Part shown: one piece after another, positions 1 through 12,924 of the stretch | Layout: every line of letters starts with the position of its first letter | Position numbering within the stretch: position 1 is the stretch's first letter | Source of the DNA: the human T2T-CHM13v2.0 reference genome, Homo sapiens | Assembly: GCF_009914755.1 (NCBI RefSeq) | Contig: NC_060938.1 | Direction: 5' to 3' (one strand) | Length of the DNA stretch: 64,000 nt | The notes under the pieces: model-generated | Database searches by the model: none | What the model was told of the DNA's origin: nothing | What the model saw: the letters and a program-made list of their open reading frames with translations, nothing else | Made by a program: the position numbers and the translations under genes

Positions 1-639
1 TCCAAGACTAAAACGGTACCTAAATGGGGCACAGATTAGATTTTCCCTCAGCACCTGAGGCTAGTGGAAGCCCGGGTAGCTTGCTTTTACATTGCTTGAC
101 CTAGTTCGAGGATCATAGTACTGTTTAGTAAGGGCAGAATCGCTGGTCCCACTAAAAATCTGGAAACAAGGCCCTGGTCTCAATTGGCTTGTGCATTTAT
201 TGAGCCCTGTGGTGTCTGTGCCAGGTGCTAATGGAATCATGGCTCTTGTGCCTCATGATGGTGTTCCAAGCTCCTTTTTTAAGTTTGAAGACCCACTTAT
301 ACATGGAAATATTATGGATCCCTGTGGGATTAAAACACGATCTATTTCTAGCATTTATTGATTTAATAAATATACATTGAAAGAATCAATTATGAGTTTA
401 ACAACACTTTAAATTTGCATCTTATAATCCAAACAACATTTACATATATTTGAATATATATATATGCCTTAATAAAATTATTTATCTATTCCACAGACCA
501 CAGATCCAGGGTTCTCTTGCAATATTTCCTTAGCCATTGCTCCAGGAGTCCTCAGTCTGTAATTTAGGAATCATTACTATAGAGTATACAAAAACGAATA
601 CTCCCTTTTGTTTTGGTTTGTGCCTTTACAGACCTTATT

Positions 640-880
640 TCTAAAATGACTGCAGTCAGGGAAGACTAAAGAGAGCGAGCTGATGGAAGACTAGTGGAAG
701 CCATGGCAGAGGGGGTGGAGAGAAAGCCAACAGAATGGGAGAGATGATAAGGAAGAACAATTGTAGGAGTTGGTGACTGCCCCAGCTGTGGGTGTGAGGT
801 AGAGCGAGGGCCTCAATGAGATGTCCCAGGCTCTGTTGTTATCTAAATGTTGGGGTCCTTCACCAAAACAAGGCCACAGG
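640..880 (-). mobile_element. L2 LINE fragment (ancient)
   Basis: Purine-rich degenerate match to the antisense L2 3' region (gttggtgactg...gtgggtgtgaggtagagcgagg...aatgagatgtcccagg); boundaries approximate. Confidence 0.4.
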
Positions 881-1394
881 CAGAGTCAATCTACATGACT
901 CCCTGGACATTTCTTTTTCTGAGCTCTCCAGAATGATCCCTGCTCACAACTGGGGATGATACCTTAAGTGCATTTGTAGCTACAATGAAGGACCCATTTT
1001 GCTATTACCCAAAAATGAGTCAATTTCAACTCTATTAATATCCAGGGAATTTCAGCATATCACAGGATCCTGGGAGGAATTATCTTCATCTGAAGCCTCC
1101 TGTCAAGGATAATTTAGTGTTTACACTGAATTCATGGACTGTCCTGTTCTCTGCTTTCTAGCAACACCAATGTCTTATTTGTAGGTGAAGGATGACAAAG
1201 GCAATTTCTCTGGGCACTTTGCTTTACTGTTTGCTTGGAGGCCACAGAAAAGTGGCCAGGGGGGTAATTACGATCACCTTCAGGTTGTGAACTCTACTGA
1301 CTGTAGAAGAAATGATGATTATATTTATAATTCTAAGTATAACTGGATTACTGGATCTCTTACAACTACCAGGCACTGGGCTACACACTTTATA

Positions 1395-1690
1395 TTTTTT
1401 AGCTCAAATATCACCTCCTTGGAGAATCCTTCCATAGCATTCCCCCTCTCCACTTCCTCCCCATTATTCTCTATATATCCATGAGTTTCATTTTCTGCAT
1501 AGCACTTCTTATACTCTTATAATTAACTTATTGTCTGATTCCTTCATATGTCATCTCCATCCAACTCTAGTCAGTCATCTCCATAATTGGTGGCAGAACT
1601 TCTTCATCAACCTCTCTGTTCCCAGTGCCAAGAGCTTGGCATCCAATCAGTAACTTTCTTTTTTCATTTAATTGATAAATGATTGGATTT
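1395..1690 (+). mobile_element. L2 LINE 3' fragment
   Basis: agctcaaatatcacctccttggagaatccttcc...catagcactt...cccagtgccaagagcttggca resembles the L2 3' end; boundaries approximate. Confidence 0.5.
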
Positions 1691-1725
1691 AAACCTTTCA
1701 CGAGTTGTGAGTTAGGTACTAGTCC

Positions 1726-1797
1726 TAACTCAACATCATCTCAGTCAAAAACCATCAGTTTTTTAACTCAACATCATCTCAATCAAAAACCATCAGT
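1726..1797. repeat. Tandem duplication, period 38 bp, 2 copies
   Basis: taactcaacatcatctcaRtcaaaaaccatcagt at 1726-1759 and 1764-1797, one mismatch. Confidence 0.92.
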
Positions 1798-3984
1798 GTG
1801 TTAGAGTTCATTTCCCTTAACAGTGAAAGAAAGGTGCAGGGGAGATGAGATAGAAGAATAAAAAAACAAATGCATTTATATGTTGATTTGTGGGTGTCAG
1901 CGTGTGTATACGTGTATTTATATATTATTTTGATAGTGGCTTTGGTGAAGTTGATACAGGTACAAAAACTGAGTTTGGGAATAAATTGCATCTGAATTGC
2001 TCACTCATTTACTTCATTTTGCTTTGAGATTGCTACCTTGGATATAGGATGAGAATAGAAAATAAGATTCCCGTTTATACAAGAAAAATGACCAGTTGTC
2101 CTTTAATGTCAATGAACAGAATAGCTTGTACATGATTCTCTTTATGTTATCTGTTTACTAAGAGCAGAACAGCATCTTAACAAAGCAAGGCTTTCCTTAG
2201 TCTGCTACACCTATCCTACTCCCAAAAGAGGGGGGAGGGGGAAGAAAAAAGCCTTTCCAATCAGACTTGCCGCCAGATTGCTTAACTTTGAGGATGACAG
2301 CCGATAAACCTGGCCACAAGTGCCCTGCTCCCTCCATCCAGCAGATGGAGCTCTGATTGCTCAACCCCAACTCCTAATTTCTCATCCAACTGTGTCTGCC
2401 CCATAACATAGCTATTAAGTACTATTATGAAGGCACATGACTAGGTAGCTTTGAAAGAGGTAAGAACAGGAATATCTACACAGCCTCTGAATGTTTCTAG
2501 CCCAGAGTTAAACTAATGATGATTCCCTCTCTGTCTTCAGAAGTTTGCATATTGCATAATTAAACATCCCCTTTTTAATTAAAAAAAAAAAAAAAAGAAG
2601 AAGAAAGAAAAAGGCAAATCCAATCAAACGAGAATTGGGTCAGAATCCTCAACTTTTCAACCTGCAAGCATGTGCTTACAAATGGAAAGAGAAGGAGGAG
2701 GATGACAAAATCCAAATTAAAAGGCACTGTGTAAGTGATAATGATAGCTTTGGTTGGGCAGTCAGATGGATTAATCAGGGGAATTTGAGTAAATTCAGCT
2801 GGATGATTTGCCATTACTCTGCTGAAAGCTCTGATATTTACCAACTGAATGTAGTCAGAATTGGATTCTCGGAGTAAATAGACAGGTTTTAAATGCGTGT
2901 TAATGAACCTCCCTGTGGATATAACAGTCTTGGCCTGTGTCAGGTCTTACGACAAAGGTGGGACTGTCCCAGAAATGTTCTGCTGTCCCCTTCACCTGCC
3001 ACTAGCATGGCTTTCCTAACTCAGTGAAAACTGAATAGCTCTTTTCCTGCAGCTTCACTTTATGCATCAGACAGACGGACTGTGGGTAGGGCAAACAATA
3101 GGCAGTTAATCAATCAAATGACGAATAAAACCCAGATCTCAAAACTTAACACCCAAACTAAAAGATGCTGCAACTCAAGGAACCTAGAGATCTACATGTC
3201 ATGTTCTCCAGCTGGGCTGGCAACTTTTACAATGCACAGGGGTCAACATGGAATGTAATGAATGGAAGATTACAGAAGCTTCAGAAGGCAGTGAGCTGAA
3301 GTTGAGTTTCATGATCTATGAGGAAGTTGCTGGCCATCGTGAAGCTAAGTCAGGTGTCTGGAAACTTAAATAAGTGTTTATAAAAAACAGGAAAAGGGCT
3401 AGGGGGTCTGGAGAAGTAATGATTGTTTGCACCTTGCAGGAACTCAGGCGGCTAACCACGCAGGCTTCACTTTAAATTGGGAAGGCAGGTTCATTCCCTC
3501 AAATTAAATTGAATTTGATATTAGGAAGGCCTGCTCCTTTCCAAAGGCTGGTTTTCCCTGCAAAGCACCAAGTGTCATTATGGAGAGGGAAACGCTCTTT
3601 AGTCCCCTATGAGCTGGTGTCCAATGGGCCACCAGCCTTCCAGAGCTGGGAATTGTGCATAATAGTAATGGAGAGAAGAGAATATGGGTTTCATAATCTG
3701 ATTCTGAAATGCCATATGGTAGTTAAGAAAAATGCCTATTTAGTAGAATGTGAAATACCTGAGGATTAATATCAGCTATATTTGTAAGAATAGCTAAAAA
3801 GCTGTTAAGACCATAATCATATTCACCTATGATGCCTTTTAAAGGGGAGACTTTAAATGCCATGGTGAATATTTTCATGTATAAGGTTTCTGAATGTCAA
3901 GGTTTTTGCATTATGTGATTTATCAGTTTTTAAATACATACATAAGAATGCAAACCTAATATTCAAGTCTATATTGTTTATATA

Positions 3985-4268
3985 TTGCTATAGCAGCTTA
4001 AAATAAGAATAAAAACCTCTTCTCTCACACAGTTTCTAAGGGTCAGAAATTCAGGAGCAGCTTAGCTGGCTTGGGTCTCTCATGAGGCTGTAGACAAGCT
4101 ACCAGACAGGGTTTCAGTCACCGAAGTCATAACTGAGATGATAGACTTTACTTCCAAAATGGCGAGTCAATGCTAGCTGTTAGTAAGGAATCGCATTTCC
4201 TCACCATGTAGACCTCATTCAGGGCTACATGAATGTCTTCAGAACATGGTGACCAGCTTCCCCCAGAT
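3985..4268 (-). mobile_element. MLT1 (F/G/H-type) ERVL-MaLR LTR fragment
   Basis: cacagtttctaagggtcagaaattcaggagcagcttagctgg...ggtctctcatgaggctg...cagcttcccccaga matches the antisense MLT1 consensus. Confidence 0.6.
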
Positions 4269-4289
4269 GCCAGTAATAGCACATGACTA

Positions 4290-5099
4290 TACTTGCTTAG
4301 ATAAATTAGAAGAGTGTACTTTTATTTAATAAAAGTCCTAAGGTAGGTGGTTCATGACTGGAATAGTAGCTTCACTAACTCATCAGGCACTCAGATTTCT
4401 TCTGTAATTCTGTTCTACTACCCTTATTAAAATATCTAAAGGTTGCCTCCTTGTTCAACATGGCTATTAGAGACCCAGCCATCTGTCCACAATCCGGCAG
4501 AAAGTAGAAGTGAGAAGGGAAAGGCAAATATGGCCCTCACCAATGGTCTGCCTCACAGTTTTGTTTTCCAGAGGCTCTATCTAATAATTTCTATTTCCAC
4601 CTGTCAGGCTCTAACTGAGGTCCGAGGGGAGTCGGTGGGCGAGTGGCAGGCGGCTGGAAAAACACTCGAGGAATCGTTGATGGTTTCAACATGCTTTACT
4701 CTCTCTCTGGGCATGAGCAAACTGTATGTACAGGGTAAGCAGAGTAATTCTACCTTTTACAGACAATAGTAGCTCTGAGCCAAGCATGAGCTGATGTGGG
4801 TGATCACCTAATGCACCTCACATGACATGATTAAATAATGTGCAGTTTTTTGCGCCTGCCCTCCAAACCCACTGAATCAAGCTGTGCCAGAAGGCCAGCC
4901 TGGCCTACTCCTGACTAAAGCACAGCCATTTCCCTTACACCATCTCATTAGCCAGAATGGCCAAATCAAGTTGTAATGGAGTCTGGGAAATATATATCTC
5001 AGGCAAGCATATCGCCAATCCAAGTAAAATCAACTTTTGTAACTAAGGAAGAAGAAAAATAAAATTAGCATTAGATCAGCAACCAATAGTCTCTTTCAT
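4290..5099 (-). mobile_element. MLT1J-like MaLR LTR, split by an LTR18 insertion
   Basis: aagtcctaaggtaggtgg...caacatggctattagagacccagcc... resumes after 4939 with catctcattagccagaa...caaccaatagtctct. Confidence 0.55.
4602..4939 (-). mobile_element. LTR18-family (HERV18/ERVL) solo LTR
   Basis: TG...CA termini; minus strand starts tgtaagggaaatggctgtgctttagtcaggagtaggcc and ends ggacctcagttagagcctgaca; 5-bp TSD ccacc/ccatc. Confidence 0.8.
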
Positions 5100-6329
5100 G
5101 TCTGTGTCATAGAGTTCTCCAGAAAGTATGTGTCTAAACCTCCACATTATATTTTCAAACACTGACTACACTTTTTAAAATTGATGATCAAAGATCAGAG
5201 TAGAGAAGAAAGGAAAGAATAGGTGGGTGGGAAGTAGCAATGGCAGAAGATGCCTGGTGTTTGATGAAAGCATACATCATCCTGGGAATTACCCCATTGT
5301 AAGGATCAGAAGGTTGCCAGGTTTCTCCAAAGAGTTTTAGTGGTTCCAAGAAATGAGCTAGAAAGAACAGCTGCATTGTAGCACTATCTGACCATAGCTG
5401 GATTATCTCTTTCCAGTGTGACTGGGGACCCATTTGAACATTAGGCTGAAATTCAAAGTTCTTTTTCCATTCCTTCTCCCTGACATTTACAGTAAAAGGT
5501 TGAATTCTCTGCCTAGTAAACTGTGAGGCACTGTCAATACTGGGTGTTAGAAAATGATGCAGAAACAAACAGAATATTATTTATGCCAATGGAAACAGTA
5601 AATCACCCTTCTTTTGCACCCAAATGACACAACAAGTGCAAATCAAAAGTTCTCACACCTCAGAAGGAAAATATTCCACAGATCTCTTAGAGGAAGGAAT
5701 TACATACCTGCCTATAGAGTGCAATAAATGTCCATTTTAAAATGAAATAATTTCTCAGCTCCTCAGCACAAGACTTATGGTGAAAAAGACAGCACCAATA
5801 TTAACGTTTAATATACCCAATATTGTCATGTAACAATAAATCAGCCAGTAAAAAGCAGCAGGGTTTTTTTCCCCCTACTCCTAAAAAGAGTTACAGTGCT
5901 TTAATTTGAATGGATGTTAGGTTACGATTATGGGTTAGAATGGCAAAAAAGTATGAATTTGTGTCTCTATAGCAAGCAGATGGAGTTGCACATAGCAGTT
6001 TATATAATATGCAGTATACTGCTCTGTCAGTGTCAACGAGTATTCACTTCTTTTATTAATTCAATAGACTATAAAGATGACAAGTTTAGAAGCTGAAATA
6101 ATGACAAAGTGAAAGCTTTGAATAGTTCAATCTTTTCAGCTTCATGGGGCTTTGCCAAAGCTTGTCTAATTTTACTGTTAGACTTGGGTGTGTGGAGATT
6201 GGTTTGCCTTTTTGTTAATAAGAGAAGAAAACTTTAAGGCTCAGAGGAGAAAATTGTCTGGTAGGTGGACTTCTTACCCTATCGTCTAAATGCAAGGTTG
6301 ACCCTGTTCAGACCATTTCTATCCATAAC

Positions 6330-6540
6330 TGAAGTTCAGAGTCAGACAAACCTGATTTAAATCCCAGCTCTACCACTTAGCAACAGTGTAAAACCTTGGA
6401 CATGCTACTAAATCTTCTTGAGATTCCATTTTTACCTGTGAACATTTAGATAAGAGGTGTCCTAAGTTGCAGGGTTGGTGGGCAGAATATCTTCTAGAAA
6501 AAAATGCTGAATCTTGTGTAGGTACTAGATAAATGCTGGT
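6330..6540 (+). mobile_element. MIR SINE
   Basis: gagtcagacaaacctgatttaaatcccagctctaccacttagc...ccttggacatgctactaaatct MIR core. Confidence 0.6.
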
Positions 6541-7734
6541 CCCTGCCCTGTCTGAATTTTAAAATCAGAATTCTGTTTTACAGTCTCATATTTGCCCACC
6601 AAATGTGTCTTTGACCTATTTCCTTTCCTCACAATTCCTAGAAGATTAAATACATCAATATGTAAAGTGATTAATGGTGCAGGGCACCTGTAGGGTTTCA
6701 TAACTGTTAGGGCTCATCACCATCATCATTATTATGAGAGGTGGCTGGTTCTATCTATGGTGCTACCAGAGATCATACAAATGACCCTGACCCCACAGAT
6801 TCGTTATTATGGCATGAACGGTGGGCGGGGAGGAAGGAGGAAGTCCATAACAAAGTGTCACTATTTTAACCACCAAAAATAAGTTCAAAGACCCTTTTCA
6901 AGCCTTTTATTATTATAATTAGTCATAGTAAGGCCAAACTGAAACCCCAGGAAGCCCTCCCTTCCTGACCTATGTGCTGTGCTGGGTTCTGATTTATAAG
7001 AGTTCAAGGAGGCAGAGGAACCAGACATTAAAGCACAAATCCACTCTGGCCCTAATACTAGGGCAAAGGAAAATGCTGCCACCTCCCCTGGAGAAGACAG
7101 CGGTAGAGGGGCAGCTGCAACCTCTTCCACAGAGCACCGCTTTGTGGAAACAGAAGTCTCCTGAAGCTGTGCCCAAGCAGCGCTGAGCCTGCATCATCTC
7201 CCTGTGTTGATTTACAGAGAAGCCACACCTTGGATCAAAGGCAGAGTAGGACAGCAGCAGTGCTGCCATCCAAGCTGATTTGTTAGCCAAAGATCAATCA
7301 TCATGGCAGACAGAAATACAGCGGAGATTATAACACACATGGTAAACCTGAGCACCTTCCCAGGGAGGGAGATGCAAGAAGGGGTGAAGAGAGAAGTGAT
7401 GGATAGGTCTACACACATAAAGTTTCTTTTCTGGTGATGTTACATCACCCTTAAACAGAAAATGTGATTTATTTTCCCCAAGACTGAGGACAGGTAAGGT
7501 AATGCTTTGGGGACCCCATTTGCTGCTAAGATTGCATTTGGTGAAAAAGTTTTTCAAGATCTTGGGTAGTGGGAAGAAAAGCAGCCAGTGACCAGCAGAG
7601 CAGCTACTGTTTATCGAGTACAGAGCTTTGAGCTAGATGCCTGGATTCCCACAATTCCTAACAACGATGTTAGAAGTTAGTAATATCATCTCAATGTTAT
7701 AACTGTAAATAAATTGAGGGCCAGGAAGTCAGGC

Positions 7735-8110
7735 AGTTTATAGATGTTTACTGAGCAACAGTTATGGACCAGGCATGGTTCTATATGCCAAGTAAACAGT
7801 GGTGAATATGAATGACATAGTCCATCACCACAAGAAATTGACATTCTAGTAGGAGAAATCAAAAATAAGCATTTAAACAAATAAAGAAGGTGATTTTAAG
7901 TATTGATAAGCACTATGAAGGGGATGAAGTAGTGTGATTTATTACCACTTCAGCCAGGATGCTGTGGGACAGAGGTGGTGACATTTAAGGAGAGTGCTCA
8001 ATAATGAGAGGCCAGCCATGAAAGGAAGGTGAAGAAGGACTTTTCACGCAGAAGGAAGAGAAAGTGCAAAGGGCCTGAGATGAAAGCAGAAGAAGATGCA
8101 GAAAGCAAGC
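7735..8110 (-). mobile_element. L2 LINE 3' fragment
   Basis: atgtttactgagcaac...ccaggcatggttcta...acattctagtaggaga...gcaaagggcctgag is antisense L2 3' end. Confidence 0.6.
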
Positions 8111-8282
8111 CAGCACGCTTAGGAGGCAGTGGGAAGGGGGCCAGGTGAGGTTACACAACTCATTAAAAGCGATGCAATTAGAAAGTGGCAAAGACAGATG
8201 TGTCACCCAAAACTGTCACAGAAGCTCCTGGGTGGTCCAACCTTGCACAAAACACAAAACAACATCCCCAGAAGTCCAGCCC

Positions 8283-8480
8283 ATGGGTTTGGAGTCAACC
8301 TGCCTGGGTTTAAATCCTAATCTTACTGGGTGCTAACTCTAGGACCTAGTTTGGGGAAGTTACCTAACTTCCCTATGGCCTCAGTTTCCTCATCTGAAAA
8401 AGAAAATGATTGCAACATTAATCCCTTCTCCAGAGCTATTGTGAAAATTAAAGATAAACCATGTGAGTGTCTGGGTAAGC
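8283..8480 (+). mobile_element. MIR SINE
   Basis: tttggagtcaacctgcctgggtttaaatcct...aagttacctaacttc...gcctcagtttcctcatctg. Confidence 0.7.
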
Positions 8481-8699
8481 ATTGAACAAGTAGGATTATT
8501 TTTCCTACTCTCATGGATTTTTCTAAGGATAGTGAAAGAAACCATTTTCCCTTCTTGGCCTAAGGGTCTTGCTTCTTGAAAACTAGGTTCTTTCTAGAAA
8601 AAGGCAATTTCTTTTCTTATTTGAGACAAAAAGCAAACGACGCAACAAACAAACGAACAAATTTGTTTCCCATTTTCTTGGAGACAATACCAATAAGCC

Positions 8700-8905
8700 T
8701 TTGTTCTTCAAGTTCTGGTCTCACAGAGGGTCATATAAAACAGATTCATTCTAAAGAATTGGCTCACATGTTTATAAAGACTGACAAGTCCCAAGACCTG
8801 CAATCAGTAGGCTAGACAACCAGGAGAACCAATGGTGCATGATGTAGTTCCAGTAGGAGTCTGACAGCCTGAGAACAGGGAGAGCTGATGGTGTAGTTCT
8901 ACTGA
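8700..8905 (-). mobile_element. MLT2 (ERVL) LTR fragment
   Basis: aaagaattggctcacatg...gacaagtcccaagacctgca...caggagaaccaatggtg...gagagctgatggtgtagttc. Confidence 0.6.
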
Positions 8906-9474
8906 TAATCTTCATAAGCCTTTATACTGGACCCTCTATCCTCTCAGGCTGTCTGGAGCCAGGCAGACTGTGACTTCCAGGTTTCTTCCTCATTTTGTGG
9001 GGCAGTCCAAAAGCAAGTCCATATCCTGGGCTACCTTCTCTGAGCCTTCCTCATGTCTCAAGTTTTCAGGTAAACCCATTGAGTACCACTTTCTACTTCA
9101 TGTGGGGAAGAATATAGGAAAGTCCAAAGAAGAGGGGAAAGAAAGAATGAATATGAATGTCTGTGTATAGAGATTTCCATTAGAGTCTTTCTTTTATACA
9201 TCTCTATGTTAAGTATTTTGTTTTTCCAGTGTAGGCATCATAGTCACATGGAAAAATATCCCAATAATGCAAGATGATTATACAGTGAAACGTGGTCTGC
9301 TTCCCATCTGTACAATTTCCCAATTTATTTCCCCAGCAACAACTACCATTTGTTACCAATGCCTCAGGTATTCTTCCAGACACATTTTGTCTGCATAAAC
9401 ATAAACCAATTATCAGAGTCTTTCTAAACATCAATCCATAATGAATGACACATATGACATTTAAGAAAACCTGA

Positions 9475-10129
<655 letters not shown>

Positions 10130-11000
10130 CTAACTTGCCACATTCAAATGATGATTCTACCGACACTATTTGCCAAAAAAACTTCCTCCACACCCATCAC
10201 AATGAACACACAAGGAATTCTCGTCCAGACAAAGATGAATGGATTCATCTGTTTGTTCGCTGTTTATTAAACACCTATTATGTACCAGCCATGAGCTGTG
10301 CACTTTCCAGCTCACATCTAGAAAGAAGAGTCCCTTTGAACCAGCCTCTGGACACAGCACCCATAGGAGAGTGGCCTCTGTTAACATATTGGACAAATAG
10401 TGAAAACAACAACAATCTGACTACACCAAACAGGGAATCATTTTTCGTTCAAAATAGAAAACCCGAACAAAATGACTTCTTCCCCTCCTAAACGAGACAC
10501 ATCATCTTACTGCAATCCAACTTTTTTTCCTATTTAAATACATCATCAAGAGGAGCCCTGAGGGGAAAAGCAGTCCCCAAAGGCAAACAGGGTCTCTGGG
10601 TAGCAAGTGTAGTCTGGGCGGGGGGAGGAGAAGGCAGAGAGCCCTGTGGTTAGCCTGCTGGTACCATCTTGTATTTTCCCTGGGTCTTTTTTAATGTGTC
10701 AGCTCTCCACAGGTAACCAGGTTTTATTGTTATTAATTATAGGAGGAATGTTTTGGAATGGATATGACACATTTATTAAAAGAAAAAAGAGCCCTTGATC
10801 AACACTTTGACAAATGCACAGTCAGATGTGTACTTAGAAGGGGGTAAAAAATTATTTCCAAAGAAGAGCCAATCAGAAGGAGGCATCATTAGGTAAAAGA
10901 TGAAGATTTTACAACAGCAGCCTCAGATCCAAGTCAGCACAAACACATTCCTACTGGCTTTCAAAAGGATTGATTCTCCCAGGCATCACCCCAACCCTCA

Positions 11001-11002
<2 letters not shown>

Positions 11003-11031
<29 letters not shown>
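11003..11031. repeat. Poly(A) tract, A29
   Basis: Uninterrupted run of 29 A. Confidence 0.95.
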
Positions 11032-11034
<3 letters not shown>

Positions 11035-12034
11035 CACAGGCTGGATAAGAGACAACTACTCTCTAAGTTCTTCTTTATTTACAATTTTCCAATCTGTTAA
11101 GTTGCTTTTACTTATAGACTATATGCCAAAGTAATTTTTCAAAAGAAATCAGCTTTGGGCAGTAAATAAAGGCTTATTGAGTGAACATGTTATAAATCTT
11201 TGAAGAAAACACTTCCCTGGTATTTTTTTTTCTTTATTTCTAATCAAAACCCATCCCCTTGTTCTCCTTTCATCCCCACCCGCGTCATCGCTTCTCTCAT
11301 TCAGACACAGCTGCTGTTCCAATCCTGGGCTGAGTCAGAAGCAGGGAAAATAATCAACCCTGCTTAGACCCTCAACCCCCCAATTAAAAGAGAGAACCAA
11401 AGCCATTGAGCAATCGTGAAACTATAAACCAGACAGTGAAGCATAGCATCTCCTCCTCTTTACCCATAGGTCCTGCAGGCAGCTGTATTATCCTGGCTGG
11501 TTTTAGAGAGACAGAGAAAGAGCCTGGTTGCTTGACCTTTTTACTTCAATCCAATGCAGTGCAGAGGATGGGTCTGATGTTACTCTCATCCCCACAGTCC
11601 ATCCACACAGCAGCCATCCCGTAAACGATGATTTCTCACTCTGCGCCAGGCACATGCACAGTGACAAAGGGTAAAAGGTGACCAAGACAAAGTCCAAGCC
11701 CTAAAAGAGTTCTGGGTCCAGTGGCAAAACAAGCTTAGAAACAGGCACGCTGCCATACACTGGGCCCAAAACAATTACAGGGTAGGGATAAAATTCTGGA
11801 GGGGCTCTAGAGGAGACATCTGTGGACATGAGTAGGCTCTGGAAACCTAAAGGGGTCTAAAACAGAGTCCCCAGTCGTGGAGGGTCACAGTAGTTTGTAC
11901 TCATCAAATCGGGGTAATTGGTTAACTTTTTATATACAGGTTTAATTCTATGTTCTTTCACCAATGCATTTATGTCTCCTCTTCCAAACTCTCTTCTACT
12001 TGTCAAATTTTGCTCTGCCCGTATTGTTTTTACA

Positions 12035-12120
12035 AACATTCTATACACATATCAGAATATCACATGTACCCCCCAAATATTTACAATTATAATATAGCAA
12101 TTTTAAAAATACAGAAAAAA
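12035..12120 (+). mobile_element. L1M/L1PB 3' terminal fragment
   Basis: atacacatatcagaatatcacatgtaccccccaaatatttacaattat followed by an A-rich tail. Confidence 0.55.
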
Positions 12121-12479
12121 AGGCTGAGTCATATCCAAATGGCCATTGATTGAGTAAGCATCAGGGGAGATGATGTGAGAATAAGGAACCCATCCATTAT
12201 AGAAAGAAATTCAAGTCACAAGGTCTGGAGGCCCAGGGTTTTTGAATCCCACAGTTTTGAAGTTGAGCCTGAGGGGCCTCCTGGGGATGTGGATCCAGAG
12301 GAGACCCCATGGACCCTGCGGAAAAGACATGAAGACCGCTCGCTCTCCTGGAGGAGGTTCCAGCACTGATAAAGACACAAAGCAAACTGCCACTGTGTAA
12401 TAAGAAACACCTAGCAGTCACACCCCAGGGCTGAGAGGACTTCAGGTCATCATCATATAAGACATGTTTTGTGACTTTC

Positions 12480-12775
12480 TGTGGGTCTCTCTTTCTTACC
12501 AGACAGGAGGCTCCTCAAGGGCAGAGACCACATCTTTTTTAATCTCTGACTTTCCTGGACCTAGACTCTAGATTCATGGTAATATTAAATACTAAATATA
12601 TGAATAAGTCACTTTGTAGTTTTCATAAGGTTTTCATGTCTATGAGTACATTTAATCCACCCATATAAACCCCGTAAGTTAGGTTTTAGAAATTCCACTT
12701 TAAAAATGGAGAACTGGAGGTTTGGAGAGATTAAATGGCTTTTCTAAGATTACACAGCTAAGAAATAACAAGGCC
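12480..12775. mobile_element. L2 3' fragment (+, ~12480-12608) adjacent to MIR (-, ~12610-12775)
   Basis: ggctcctcaagggcagagacc (L2); ttccactttaaaaatggagaactggagg...ctaagattacacagcta (antisense MIR). Confidence 0.5.
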
Positions 12776-12924
12776 CCATGTGACCTGTCTTCTTCTGTAA
12801 CCTCACCGTTCACCTTCTGCCACCACCACCACATCCACCCTGTGGAATTCCAACCACGAAATATGATGTGCTCTCAATGCTCTCCTTTCTGTCATGCTTC
12901 CTTGTCTCTGCATGAGAGTGTGCG

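Noticed and set aside
1185-1484. 99-aa ORF and possible exon after ttatttgtag
   Set aside because: Starts at GTG, runs into an L2 fragment and has no recognisable homology; splice sites alone are insufficient evidence
10745-10760. Double GGAATG (TEAD-like) site
   Set aside because: Spacer is 4 bp rather than the usual 3 bp, and short motifs are expected by chance
11003-11031. A29 as the tail of a processed pseudogene
   Set aside because: No upstream AATAAA at a suitable distance, no TSD and no mRNA-like sequence seen
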